Shown piece by piece: positions 17,741 through 27,126 of a stretch of DNA of 64,000 bases. This DNA comes from Bacilli bacterium (GTDB lineage: Bacteria; Bacillota_I; Bacilli_A; RF39; UBA660): positions 1,588 to 65,587 of the forward strand of contig JAFSVF010000028.1 in assembly GCA_017450205.1 (NCBI GenBank), in the 5' to 3' direction. Under the pieces are notes generated by a model that made no database searches, had not been told where the DNA came from, and worked only from the letters and a program-made list of their open reading frames with translations. Numbering within the stretch: the first letter of the stretch is position 1; every line of letters starts with the position of its first letter. The position numbers and the translations under genes were made by a program.

Positions 17741-17875
17741 ATTTATCCCTCATTTCTGACATTCATTTTAGTAAATTTTTTGGTTGCGTTCTATATAGTT
17801 GCGTTGGAAATTTGTCAACTACGCTTAACATTTAATATGTTTAACATAAAAAAATGTGGTCAACTAGACTACATT

Positions 17876-18523
17876 TTAATAATTAAAGAACATAATTACT
17901 TCTTCTTTTAAATCACTAAAATCAAATATAACTAATATTAAAATATTTATTATGGAAAGTATCATAGCAACATGTGCAACATAATTAAAATCGATCATTT
18001 TAAGTGCAATAAGAATTAATGGAACAAATGCAACTACTACATTTGATATTAATACACCTAAATACTTTCTTATATGTTTTCTTTTAAAAATAAATAAGAA
18101 TATATCAATAAATAAAAGTTCAATAATACATAACCCAGGAATAATATAATTAGTAATAAATATTTGTTTAGTATACATATACCATATAAATAAAATAATA
18201 TTTAAAATTAATCCATATCTTCCAAATAATTTAAATATATCTTTATAACTTCTAAATATATAAACAATAGTTATATAGTTTGATAAAAGAGCAAGTCCTA
18301 CATAAGCACTAAAAGTTATTTTTTTATTTATTTCATAATCTATATAACCTACTACTAAAGTAATAAGTAAAGAAATAAATAATAAAACTTTTAAGTACAT
18401 ATTACTTTTTCTTTTTATTTTAGGATAAATAGTATTAGTACCTTTATGTTTTAATTTATTAGAACAAATTGGACAATACTTAGAAGGAGAATTAACTGTT
18501 ACTCCACAATTATTACACTTCAT
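17876..18523 (-). CDS. Zinc-ribbon polytopic membrane protein (possibly DUF6320-like)
   Basis: N-terminal CNNCGVTVNSPSKYCPIC (CxxC-N12-CxxC) is followed by about 5 hydrophobic helices. The family name is from memory of similar gene pairs and is unverified. Confidence 0.55.
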   Translation of the reverse strand: MKCNNCGVTVNSPSKYCPICSNKLKHKGTNTIYPKIKRKSNMYLKVLLFISLLITLVVGYIDYEINKKITFSAYVGLALLSNYITIVYIFRSYKDIFKLFGRYGLILNIILFIWYMYTKQIFITNYIIPGLCIIELLFIDIFLFIFKRKHIRKYLGVLISNVVVAFVPLILIALKMIDFNYVAHVAMILSIINILILVIFDFSDLKEEVIMFFNY

Positions 18524-18525
18524 AA

Positions 18526-19749
18526 TTACACCCCATTAGATACTACATTTATTTCTAATCCAGCTTCACTAAGATCTTCAACTAAATAATTTAATATATT
18601 ATTTCTCATAAATCTCGAAGAAGCTACGATACAAAAATCATCATTATAAGAAGATAATACAAATTGTAAATCTTCAGTAGAAATCATTAATGCAACACTA
18701 TTAACATGATCTTCAACTTGTTTAGAAAACTCTAATCTTCCCATATTAGAAACATGTGTGGTATTTAATTTATGAGTAAACTTATCAATTACAGAAAGCC
18801 CAATATTTTTAATTATTAAAGGAATACTTCTAATAACTACATTACTTACTAAACTATACATTTGATTAGTTCTTTTAATTAAAGTATCTTTATCTAATGA
18901 AGAAGTTATTTGTTCATTAACTGACTCAATTATTTTATCTAATGAATCTACTTCACCATCAAACTTATAATTTACATATACAAGTCCAAAGAAATTCTTA
19001 GTAGTCTTTGAATAATAAAAACTTCTTAAATCTACTGGTACTGCAATTCTTATATTTTTACCAATATCTTTATAAGACATAGTTCTTAATATAGCTTTTA
19101 TAATTAAAGAAACAATATATACTGTAATACTTACATTTTTACTTTTACTTAAAGATAAAATCTTTTTAGTACTCATATGCATTTCAACAAATCTAACATT
19201 ATGTTTCTTTATTTTCTTACCCTTAAAGTTAAATGTATTTATACTCTTATTCTTTGGTGACTTACATTTCTTATAATACTTTTCAAAAGAATCTTCTTCT
19301 CTTTCTAAAACAGTTGCTTTAAATTTAGGAGTTACTTTTACTTTATATTTTAAAGATACATAATTTTCAATTAATGAAGTACAAAACTCTAAAGTACCTC
19401 TACCGTCACTAATAATATGAGATACTTCTAAGTTAATTCTATTTTTATAATAAGTTACTCTATATAAAACTTCATCTCTATAAGAATCTATTCTATAACA
19501 AACTGGATACTTTTCTTCATATACATTAGGTACATCATCTTCTTCTTCAAGATAATACCAAAATAAACCCATCTTTAAAGAAACATTAAAAGAAGGAAAT
19601 GATTCCTTTGTTTGCACTAGTGCTTTTTTTAAAGTCTCTTCATCAATAAGTTCATCCATTGTAATAGCAAACCTAAATACATCAGGATTATGCTTAAAAT
19701 AAGTTGAAGCAAAGAATGTTCCTACATTATCTAATTTATGAAAATTCAT
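18526..19749 (-). CDS. HxxxDG-motif acyltransferase (condensation / alcohol-acetyltransferase / PapA-WS-DGAT-like superfamily)
   Basis: 407-aa soluble protein carrying EVSHIISDGRGTLEF at about residue 110. That is the position and form of the catalytic HHxxxDG motif of this superfamily. It is tightly packed between the TetR gene (1-nt gap) and the zinc-ribbon gene (2-nt gap). Confidence 0.55.
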   Translation of the reverse strand: MNFHKLDNVGTFFASTYFKHNPDVFRFAITMDELIDEETLKKALVQTKESFPSFNVSLKMGLFWYYLEEEDDVPNVYEEKYPVCYRIDSYRDEVLYRVTYYKNRINLEVSHIISDGRGTLEFCTSLIENYVSLKYKVKVTPKFKATVLEREEDSFEKYYKKCKSPKNKSINTFNFKGKKIKKHNVRFVEMHMSTKKILSLSKSKNVSITVYIVSLIIKAILRTMSYKDIGKNIRIAVPVDLRSFYYSKTTKNFFGLVYVNYKFDGEVDSLDKIIESVNEQITSSLDKDTLIKRTNQMYSLVSNVVIRSIPLIIKNIGLSVIDKFTHKLNTTHVSNMGRLEFSKQVEDHVNSVALMISTEDLQFVLSSYNDDFCIVASSRFMRNNILNYLVEDLSEAGLEINVVSNGV

Positions 19750-19750
19750 A

Positions 19751-20320
19751 TTACTCTCCTACATTGATTAATTTTTCATCTATTAAACTATCAATATATT
19801 TTATTATATCATCCTTAGAGTATTTAAAACCACCTTTTATCCATTCCATACATGCAATATATATACCACCTATGTAAAATGAAGCTAAAAATTCATTAGG
19901 AATAACTCCTTCTTTATGATTTTTAGTTTTATTCTTAAAGTCTTCTTTTAAAGTAGTATAAATCATATCCATTGCAATTGAATTCCTATTATTAATCAAA
20001 GAAGCGACATATATATCTTTATTATTATCGATCTCATCTAAAAGAATCTTAATTATATCCATATAATATTCTTTTGTATCATCAGTTATTTCTTTCTTAT
20101 TAAGTTCACCCAATAAATTATTCTTCATATCAGATATTAAGTTATCAAAAAGCATAAACTTATCATCAAAATGAGAATAAAATGTAGATCTATTAATAAG
20201 TGCTCTTTCACATATCTCAGATACTTTAATTTCTTCGAATGTTTTTTCGCTTAAAAGAGATATAAATGCTTCATAAATACTTTTCTTTGTTTTAATTATT
20301 CTTAAATCTATTTTTTCCAT
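19751..20320 (-). CDS. TetR/AcrR family transcriptional regulator
   Basis: The N-terminal HTH FEEIKVSEICERALINRSTFYSHFDDK is followed by a helical ligand domain. The start is uncertain: ATG 20320 or GTG 20329. Confidence 0.85.
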   Translation of the reverse strand: MEKIDLRIIKTKKSIYEAFISLLSEKTFEEIKVSEICERALINRSTFYSHFDDKFMLFDNLISDMKNNLLGELNKKEITDDTKEYYMDIIKILLDEIDNNKDIYVASLINNRNSIAMDMIYTTLKEDFKNKTKNHKEGVIPNEFLASFYIGGIYIACMEWIKGGFKYSKDDIIKYIDSLIDEKLINVGE

Positions 20321-20367
20321 AAAAATCACATGATTGTTATAACACTTAAACTACATTATGTAAAGTT

Positions 20368-20450
20368 AATAAACACTTTGTTGTTTATTTATTAAACATA
20401 ATTGGACACTTTGTTGTTTAAAATACTTTTAAGTTTTAACTGTAGTTAAA
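20368..20450. promoter_or_regulatory. Candidate TetR operators in the divergent tetR / mmpL intergenic region
   Basis: There is a perfect 15-nt direct repeat ACACTTTGTTGTTTA at 20373-20387 and 20406-20420 (33-bp period). The first copy sits inside the palindrome ATAAACA-N6-TGTTTAT. A separate inverted repeat TTTAACT-gt-AGTTAAA lies at 20435-20450. Confidence 0.5.
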
Positions 20451-20494
20451 TAAACCCCCTATTTATTATATAGTGTCAAAGGAACGGAGGAATT

Positions 20495-22555
20495 ATGAAA
20501 AAATTATCTAAGTGGATAACAAATAATAGTTTACTTATTATAATCATATCTGTATTATTACTTATTCCATCAATAATTGGATATATGCATACTAAAGTAA
20601 ACTATGACCTACTTGTATACTTACCGGAAAACATAGATACAATAAAGGGTCAAAATATAATGACAGATGAATTTGGAGTTGGTGCTTTTGCATTTGTCAC
20701 AGCAGATTATAAAAGCAATACCGAAATTAAAGCACTAGAAAATGAAATAAGAAAAATAGATACAGTAAATAAAGTTGTATCAATCGAAGACGTCACAGAT
20801 GTATCAATCCCAATTGATATGTTACCAACTGAAGTTTTAAATAAAGTTAAAAAAGATAATACTTTACTTATATTAGTAACATTTGAAAATGGTACATCAA
20901 GTGAAGAGACTATGAATGCTATCAAAGACTTAAGAGAAGTTGTTAAAGATGCTAATAAAGTATGTGGTATGACAACTATGGTACTTGATACTATGGAATT
21001 ATCTAATAAAGAAATAGTAGCCTATGTAATACTTGCAGTACTTTTAGTATTATTAGTACTAGTATTTACAACTGATTCATTCTTAGTACCACCTCTTCTA
21101 TTAAGTAATATTGGAATGGCTATTCTATATAACTTTGGTTCTAATATAATGTTTGGATCAATATCATATATTACTCAAGCTATAAGTGCAGTATTACAAT
21201 TAGGAGTAACAATGGACTTTTCTATCTTCCTATATAATAAATATGAACAAATAAAACATAAAGAAAAAGATAAAAGAAAAGCAATGGATAAAGCAATTCA
21301 AGAAACATTTACATCAGTACTTGGTTCATCACTTACAACATTTGCTGGATTCCTATCACTTTGTTCAATGGAATTATTATTAGGTAAAGATATCGGACTT
21401 GTAATGGCTAAGGGTGTTCTTTGTGGACTTATTACAGTATTAACTGTCTTACCTGCATTACTATTACAATTAGATAAATATATTACTAAAACACAACATA
21501 AAATAATTTTACCAAAATTTAAACATTTACAAACATTTGCAGCTACTAAATATGTATTAACTATAATTATATCTATACTAATATTTATACCTGCATTATA
21601 TGGATATACTCATGTTAAAGAATATTATAAATTAGATAACTCTCTACCAGAATATTTACCTTGCAGAGTATCTAATAAATTCTTAAGTGAAAAATATGGA
21701 ATAACATCTCCATCCTTTATTCTTGTAAATAAAGATTTAAAAACTAATGATTTAGAAGATTTAACAAATGAAATTAAATCATTAGATGGAATTGATATGG
21801 TTATTTCACCTGGAGAGTTAAACAAATATGGTTTAGAAAATATCTTACCAGAAGAATTAACTAAAGATTATAAGAATGATAAATATCAAATGATTTTACT
21901 TAACTCTACTTATGAAGTAGCAAGTGATGATATAAATAATCAATTAGACGAAATTAAAAAAATTATAAATAAATATGATGAAAATGCAATCATAGCTGGT
22001 GAATCAGCATTAACTAAAGATTTAATTGAAATCGCAGATCATGATTTTAAAGCAGTTAATTATATTTCTATCGCAGTTATATTTATTATCATGTTATTTG
22101 TTTTAAAATCTATATCTTTACCAATACTATTAGTATTAGTAATAGAATTTGCAATCATATTAAATACAAGCATTGCATACTTTGAAGGAACTACTCTTCC
22201 ATTTATTTCATCAATTGTTGTAGGAACAATTCAACTGGGTGCAACTATTGATTATGCAATTCTTATGAGTAATACATATCTTTCTATAAGAAAAACAAAA
22301 GATAAACATGAAGCAATTAAAGAAACTTTAGAAAAATGTATTCCATCAATTATTGTATCTGCTCTATGTTTCTTTGCCGCAACATTTGGTGTAGCAATAT
22401 ATTCAAAGATAGATATGATTGGTTCAATTTGTAAATTATTATCACGTGGAGCATTAATATCTATGATAGTAGTATCATTAATGTTACCTGCTCTACTAAT
22501 TGTATTCGATAAACTAATTATGAATACTACGAAAGGAATGAAAAAATATGAATAA
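20495..22555 (+). CDS. MMPL-family (RND superfamily) membrane transporter
   Basis: 686 aa with a duplicated architecture: TM, extracytoplasmic loop, then a 5-TM bundle, twice. The conserved bundle sequences are QLGVTMDFSIFLYNKY and QLGATIDYAILMSNTY. A GGAGG Shine-Dalgarno precedes ATG 20495. Confidence 0.85.
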   Translation: MKKLSKWITNNSLLIIIISVLLLIPSIIGYMHTKVNYDLLVYLPENIDTIKGQNIMTDEFGVGAFAFVTADYKSNTEIKALENEIRKIDTVNKVVSIEDVTDVSIPIDMLPTEVLNKVKKDNTLLILVTFENGTSSEETMNAIKDLREVVKDANKVCGMTTMVLDTMELSNKEIVAYVILAVLLVLLVLVFTTDSFLVPPLLLSNIGMAILYNFGSNIMFGSISYITQAISAVLQLGVTMDFSIFLYNKYEQIKHKEKDKRKAMDKAIQETFTSVLGSSLTTFAGFLSLCSMELLLGKDIGLVMAKGVLCGLITVLTVLPALLLQLDKYITKTQHKIILPKFKHLQTFAATKYVLTIIISILIFIPALYGYTHVKEYYKLDNSLPEYLPCRVSNKFLSEKYGITSPSFILVNKDLKTNDLEDLTNEIKSLDGIDMVISPGELNKYGLENILPEELTKDYKNDKYQMILLNSTYEVASDDINNQLDEIKKIINKYDENAIIAGESALTKDLIEIADHDFKAVNYISIAVIFIIMLFVLKSISLPILLVLVIEFAIILNTSIAYFEGTTLPFISSIVVGTIQLGATIDYAILMSNTYLSIRKTKDKHEAIKETLEKCIPSIIVSALCFFAATFGVAIYSKIDMIGSICKLLSRGALISMIVVSLMLPALLIVFDKLIMNTTKGMKKYE

Positions 22556-24206
22556 ATTAAATAAATTTTTTATGTTATTAGGTACTACTGCTATGTTATG
22601 TTCACCAATGACAGTACTTGCTTATGAAAAAAATGAAACAGTTTATACAAATTTAAAATATGATGGTTCAATTGAAAGAATAACAGTTTCAAACCATTTA
22701 TCAAAATTAAATAAAGAAGACATCCAAGATGAAACCACACTAAAAGATATTCTAAATATTTCAGGAAATGAAGAATATTACCAAAGCGACAATAAACTTA
22801 CTTGGAAGAATAATAATTCAAGTGAAATATTCTATCAAGGTATCACAGAACAAGCTACTCCAATCGAAGTAGAAGTTAAATATTACTTAAATGGTGAAGA
22901 AAAAGATTTAAAAGATATCGAAGGAAAATCTGGAGATATTAAAATTGAACTTAACTTCAAAAACAAACTAGAAAAATATGTAGTTATTAATGGTAAAAGA
23001 ACTAAAATATATACTCCATTTGTTACTACTGTAGGAACAATTGTTAAAGACTCAACTAATGCTGAAATATCAAATGGTAAAGTTGTAGGTACAGGAAATA
23101 AAAACATATTTGCAGGTATAGCATCTCCTGGTTTATACGATTCATTAAAATTAGATGAATTAAAAGACTTTGATTCAATTACAATTAGTTATACAACTAA
23201 AAAATTTGAACTAAATGATATTTATATTGTATCTACTCCAAAACTAATTGAAGAAACAGATCTTTCCCTATTTGATAAACTAGATACAGTATATACAGAT
23301 ATTGATAAATTACAATCATCAATGGATGAAATTGAAAATGGTGCTGAAAAACTATTAAGTGGTTCTAAAGAATTAGATGCAGGAACAATTAAATTAGTAA
23401 CTTCACTTAAAACTATTAAAGATGCAACTTCACAATTAAATAATGGTTCTAAAAATTTATCTAGTGGTGTATCTGAAATAGTAGCTTCCCTTTCACAAGC
23501 ATCTAAAGAACTTAATAATAAAGAAAAAGATATCATAGAATTACAAACAGCTAATAAACAATATATGAATCAATCAATTAATGAATTATCTACTCTTTTA
23601 AATAATGATCAAATATCAAATGTAGTATTCAATAAAATGGTACAAGGTTATATCAATGAAACTAATGATGATATTTCATCAAAACCTTTAACTGAAAAAG
23701 CATTAAAAGTATATAAAGCATTTTATTCTAAATCACAATCTGAATTAGTAGAACTTTTCGGTGAATATACAGGAAGTGCAGTTAATGTATTAACACTATG
23801 TGGTAAATATTATATCTTCTATGCTAACTACACTACTATTAACTCATTATCAACAAATTTAAAAACTTTAACTTCATCATTAACATCTGCTTTAACGCAA
23901 GTTCAAAGTGGAACTACAACTATAAGTAATGGTTTAGATAAAGTTAATGATGGAATAAATAAAATCTATAGTGGTTCTAAAACACTTGAAGAAGGTACTT
24001 CAAAATTAGTAGAAGGAACAAATACACTTTATGAAGGTATTAAAACTTATAATACTGAAGGTATAAATAAATTATCTAATTATAAAAATGAAATAAAGGA
24101 AACAACAGATAAAATCGAAGCACTTAAAACTTTAAGTAAAAACTATAAAGGTTATGCATCAAATAATGCAAAACAAACAACATTTATTTATTCAATAAAA
24201 AAATAA
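22548..24206 (+). CDS. Secreted protein with YhgE/Pip-type x-x-x-Leu-x-x-Gly heptad repeats
   Basis: Signal peptide MNKLNKFFMLLGTTAMLCSPMTVLA. The heptad blocks are LLSGSKELDAGTIKLVTSLKTIKDATSQLNNGSKNLSSGVSEIV and ISNGLDKVNDGINKIYSGSKTLEEGTSKLVEGTNTLYEGI. The start overlaps the mmpL stop (ATGAATAA). Confidence 0.6.
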   Translation: MNKLNKFFMLLGTTAMLCSPMTVLAYEKNETVYTNLKYDGSIERITVSNHLSKLNKEDIQDETTLKDILNISGNEEYYQSDNKLTWKNNNSSEIFYQGITEQATPIEVEVKYYLNGEEKDLKDIEGKSGDIKIELNFKNKLEKYVVINGKRTKIYTPFVTTVGTIVKDSTNAEISNGKVVGTGNKNIFAGIASPGLYDSLKLDELKDFDSITISYTTKKFELNDIYIVSTPKLIEETDLSLFDKLDTVYTDIDKLQSSMDEIENGAEKLLSGSKELDAGTIKLVTSLKTIKDATSQLNNGSKNLSSGVSEIVASLSQASKELNNKEKDIIELQTANKQYMNQSINELSTLLNNDQISNVVFNKMVQGYINETNDDISSKPLTEKALKVYKAFYSKSQSELVELFGEYTGSAVNVLTLCGKYYIFYANYTTINSLSTNLKTLTSSLTSALTQVQSGTTTISNGLDKVNDGINKIYSGSKTLEEGTSKLVEGTNTLYEGIKTYNTEGINKLSNYKNEIKETTDKIEALKTLSKNYKGYASNNAKQTTFIYSIKK

Positions 24207-24229
24207 AGATGACTTAAGTCATCTTTTTT
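24205..24229. terminator. Bidirectional terminator between the heptad-repeat gene (+) and the GNAT gene (-)
   Basis: Palindrome AAAGATGACTT/AAGTCATCTTT (24205-24226) is flanked by an A-run upstream and a T-run downstream. It touches both stop codons. Confidence 0.7.
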
Positions 24230-24752
24230 AGTATTGTACCCTTATAAGTTCAAGTTCATAAAGAAGTTCATCTCCAACTTCTCCATTTACATCCATTCTA
24301 TCTCCAACAATCTTATCGATACATTCAAAACCATTTCTCTCTAAGATTTTAATAGCACCAGTATTTCTTGAATCACAAGTAGCATAAACACTACCTAAAC
24401 CTTCTTTTTTACATCTTCTAACTATCGCAGATAATACCTCATGTCCATATCCATGATTCCAATAATCTTTAGAAATATATATATTTACTGATTTACTTCT
24501 TGAATCTTCTTTATAAACTGAAGCATAACCAATTATTTCATTAGAATCTTTAAGTTTAATAACTCCTCTTTCATAAAGATCAGATCTAAATGTATTAATA
24601 ATATGTTCTTTAAATGCATCTACATCCCAATTAGGATCATATTCAGGAATATATTTACCAACTTCGTTTTCACGATCCCAAATTTTAAACATAATTGGAA
24701 TATATTCAGGTATAACTTTTTTTACTTCAAGTCTTCTAGTTGTGAATTCCAT
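24228..24752 (-). CDS. GNAT-family N-acetyltransferase
   Basis: 174 aa. WNHGYGHEVLSAIV (acetyl-CoA pyrophosphate-binding Q/RxxGxG/A-type loop) and NTGAIKILERNGFE are typical RimJ/RimL-like GNAT motifs. Confidence 0.85.
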   Translation of the reverse strand: MEFTTRRLEVKKVIPEYIPIMFKIWDRENEVGKYIPEYDPNWDVDAFKEHIINTFRSDLYERGVIKLKDSNEIIGYASVYKEDSRSKSVNIYISKDYWNHGYGHEVLSAIVRRCKKEGLGSVYATCDSRNTGAIKILERNGFECIDKIVGDRMDVNGEVGDELLYELELIRVQY

Positions 24753-24848
24753 ATTATATGCCTCCCTATTCTAATTACATTATATACATACAAATCTAAT
24801 AATTAAATAGTATTTACTTAAAAATTTACAAAAAAAATAGTCATAAGA

Positions 24849-25511
24849 CTATTTGGAATTTAATTTACCATTTAACTTATTTAATAGGTATACAATTACT
24901 ATATTAAAGATAATAAAGAATGCATAAGTTATTAATCCAACTACTACTCCATTTCTCATAAAAAGATACCAATCATATTCATAATCAATCTTTCCATCAA
25001 CCATATGAGTTAATCCAGAAATTAAATAAAACAAACCATAAGCAGTAATAGGAATTAAATTATATAAAATATATTTATTATCTACTTTATTATCTTCATA
25101 GAAAGTATATGTTATAAAGCAAAGTATTGGTATTATTATATGAAATATAAATTGTGAACCTACTACTAAAAATTTCCAACTACTACCAGATATCGGAATT
25201 AAATAAAAAATAACAGTTAAAAAAGTAACCATAACTGAACCAGTAGATATTAGTTTTAATATTTTTAATACATTAGGAATTGGATTCTTCTTACTATTAA
25301 ATAAATAATAAGCATATACAAAAGAAGTAATTCCAGCAAATATATTAGAAAGCTCAGTAAAGAATTTAAATCTTCTAACTAAAAGATATAAACCTTCACC
25401 CCTCATAACTAATTCAAAAGTTTCTAAAACTAATCCAATAATTAATAATAAGAAAATAATTATATTTATAATAAAACTAATTTTTTTTTCATACGTCACC
25501 TTACTTTCCAA
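24849..25511 (-). CDS. Polytopic membrane protein, possibly Pr6Pr / FAR-17a-AIG1-like
   Basis: About 6 TM segments. FKFFTELSNIF resembles the (Y/F)FTxxSN motif of that family. This is a memory-based assignment. Confidence 0.45.
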   Translation of the reverse strand: MESKVTYEKKISFIINIIIFLLLIIGLVLETFELVMRGEGLYLLVRRFKFFTELSNIFAGITSFVYAYYLFNSKKNPIPNVLKILKLISTGSVMVTFLTVIFYLIPISGSSWKFLVVGSQFIFHIIIPILCFITYTFYEDNKVDNKYILYNLIPITAYGLFYLISGLTHMVDGKIDYEYDWYLFMRNGVVVGLITYAFFIIFNIVIVYLLNKLNGKLNSK

Positions 25512-26595
25512 TTACTTTATTTATAAGCATATCTTTTGAATCACTTAACATCATTTTAATAAACTCAACTAACATTCCTTTTGTTTCATCATCAAGATTT
25601 TTAAATTCTCCGATAACATCTAAAATATATTCCATTCTTTTTTCTTTAAAAGAAGAAATTGATAATATATGACATTTTTCAAAAACCATAAATAATTGTT
25701 CAACAAAATATTTTTTTTCTTTATTACTATATTTAGATACCCATTCATTAAATGATTTATAAAATGCTTTACTACCAGTCTTCATTGAAGTATATAGAAA
25801 ATCATCATCTTTAATCATCCATGTATAAGCATCATGACTAAGTAATCCAACTTGATTAGACTTAATTACTGTATATTTTAAATCATAAAATAATAAACCA
25901 AATACACTTGAATTAGGTACTATGTGAGAATATCTATTATATATAGATTTATATTTAAGAGAATTTATCTTCTTAAATATTACACCAGGTCCATCAAATG
26001 AATAAATGTGTTCTAAATGAATTTTCTTTAATGGATTCATACACATTCCACTTACTAAAGATAAATTACCACCCTTAGAGTGACCACATAAAACATACTT
26101 AGATTTATCAAAAAAATTAATAGTCTTATTGGCATATTTAATAGCAAGTTTTTGAGCTTCTACTGGAAACTCATAACTCATTTTAAAGTCCTCTTTCCAT
26201 CCGGCTACTAAATCATCTGTTCCTTCATAAGAAATTACTTTTAAAGAATCATTAACATCTATTGTTAAAGCACTAAATTGAACATCCCTTGAACATACAT
26301 ATTTATAATTATATATTTCTAAATTACAAAATCTTTCAGTATATTGAATTTTCTTCATCAATTTAATTGAAGATCTAATTCCTAATCCTTGTTTTCTAAA
26401 ATAAGACTCATTATATTTAGAAAAGAATAAATGACAAGCATATCCAATTGTTATTTTATTCTTACTATTATTAGATACTATCCCATCAAAATCTAAATAA
26501 GAAAGCAAAGCAAAAACTAAATAATCAATCTTATTTATTTTCTTTTCTTTAAAACTTAAATCTCCATATTTTTCAATATAACCAATTAAGTTCAC
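25501..26595 (-). CDS. DUF2974 (Mbeg1-like) alpha/beta-hydrolase, lipase-like
   Basis: The nucleophile elbow VLCGHSKGGNLSL (GxSxG) sits in a 364-aa soluble protein. The stop overlaps the downstream membrane-protein start by 11 nt. Confidence 0.6.
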   Translation of the reverse strand: MNLIGYIEKYGDLSFKEKKINKIDYLVFALLSYLDFDGIVSNNSKNKITIGYACHLFFSKYNESYFRKQGLGIRSSIKLMKKIQYTERFCNLEIYNYKYVCSRDVQFSALTIDVNDSLKVISYEGTDDLVAGWKEDFKMSYEFPVEAQKLAIKYANKTINFFDKSKYVLCGHSKGGNLSLVSGMCMNPLKKIHLEHIYSFDGPGVIFKKINSLKYKSIYNRYSHIVPNSSVFGLLFYDLKYTVIKSNQVGLLSHDAYTWMIKDDDFLYTSMKTGSKAFYKSFNEWVSKYSNKEKKYFVEQLFMVFEKCHILSISSFKEKRMEYILDVIGEFKNLDDETKGMLVEFIKMMLSDSKDMLINKVIGK

Positions 26596-26604
26596 TTTAA
26601 ACCT

Positions 26605-27078
26605 CTAAATTAATTCTATAATAAACTTAACAATATATGTTCCACATCCCATAATGATTCCAGCAAGTACTACACCAGCAATAATAGCTTTAACGCTCTT
26701 TTTAAAATCCATATCTAAGATAGATGCAGCAAGTGTACCAGTCCATGCTCCAGTTCCAGGTAAAGGTATTCCTACAAATAAGAAAAGTGCAACATATAAT
26801 CCATTACCAGCTTTCTTTTGTAGTTTTCTTCCACCCTTCTCACCTTTTCTAAGGCACCAACTAAAGAACTTACCAATATACTTTTTATCACTACCCCAAA
26901 CAAGTATTTTTCTAGCAAAAAAGAAAATAAATGGAACTGGTAAAATATTTCCAATAATACATGTAATATAAGATGGTAATAATGGTAATCCACTAGCAAT
27001 TGCAAAAGGAACACCTCCTCTTAACTCAATTAATGGTACCATTGAAATAAGAAATGTAACTAAATATTTCTTAACCAT
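26605..27078 (-). CDS. Small membrane protein of the putative small multidrug export family (COG2426-like)
   Basis: MVPLIELRGGVPFAIASGL and GIPLPGTGAWTG are characteristic of the family. The track starts at 27096; ATG 27078 has GGAG 8 nt upstream. Confidence 0.6.
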   Translation of the reverse strand: MVKKYLVTFLISMVPLIELRGGVPFAIASGLPLLPSYITCIIGNILPVPFIFFFARKILVWGSDKKYIGKFFSWCLRKGEKGGRKLQKKAGNGLYVALFLFVGIPLPGTGAWTGTLAASILDMDFKKSVKAIIAGVVLAGIIMGCGTYIVKFIIELI

Positions 27079-27126
27079 AATAATCACTCCAATCATACTT
27101 AATTATATAAAAAAATTAGAGATTTC

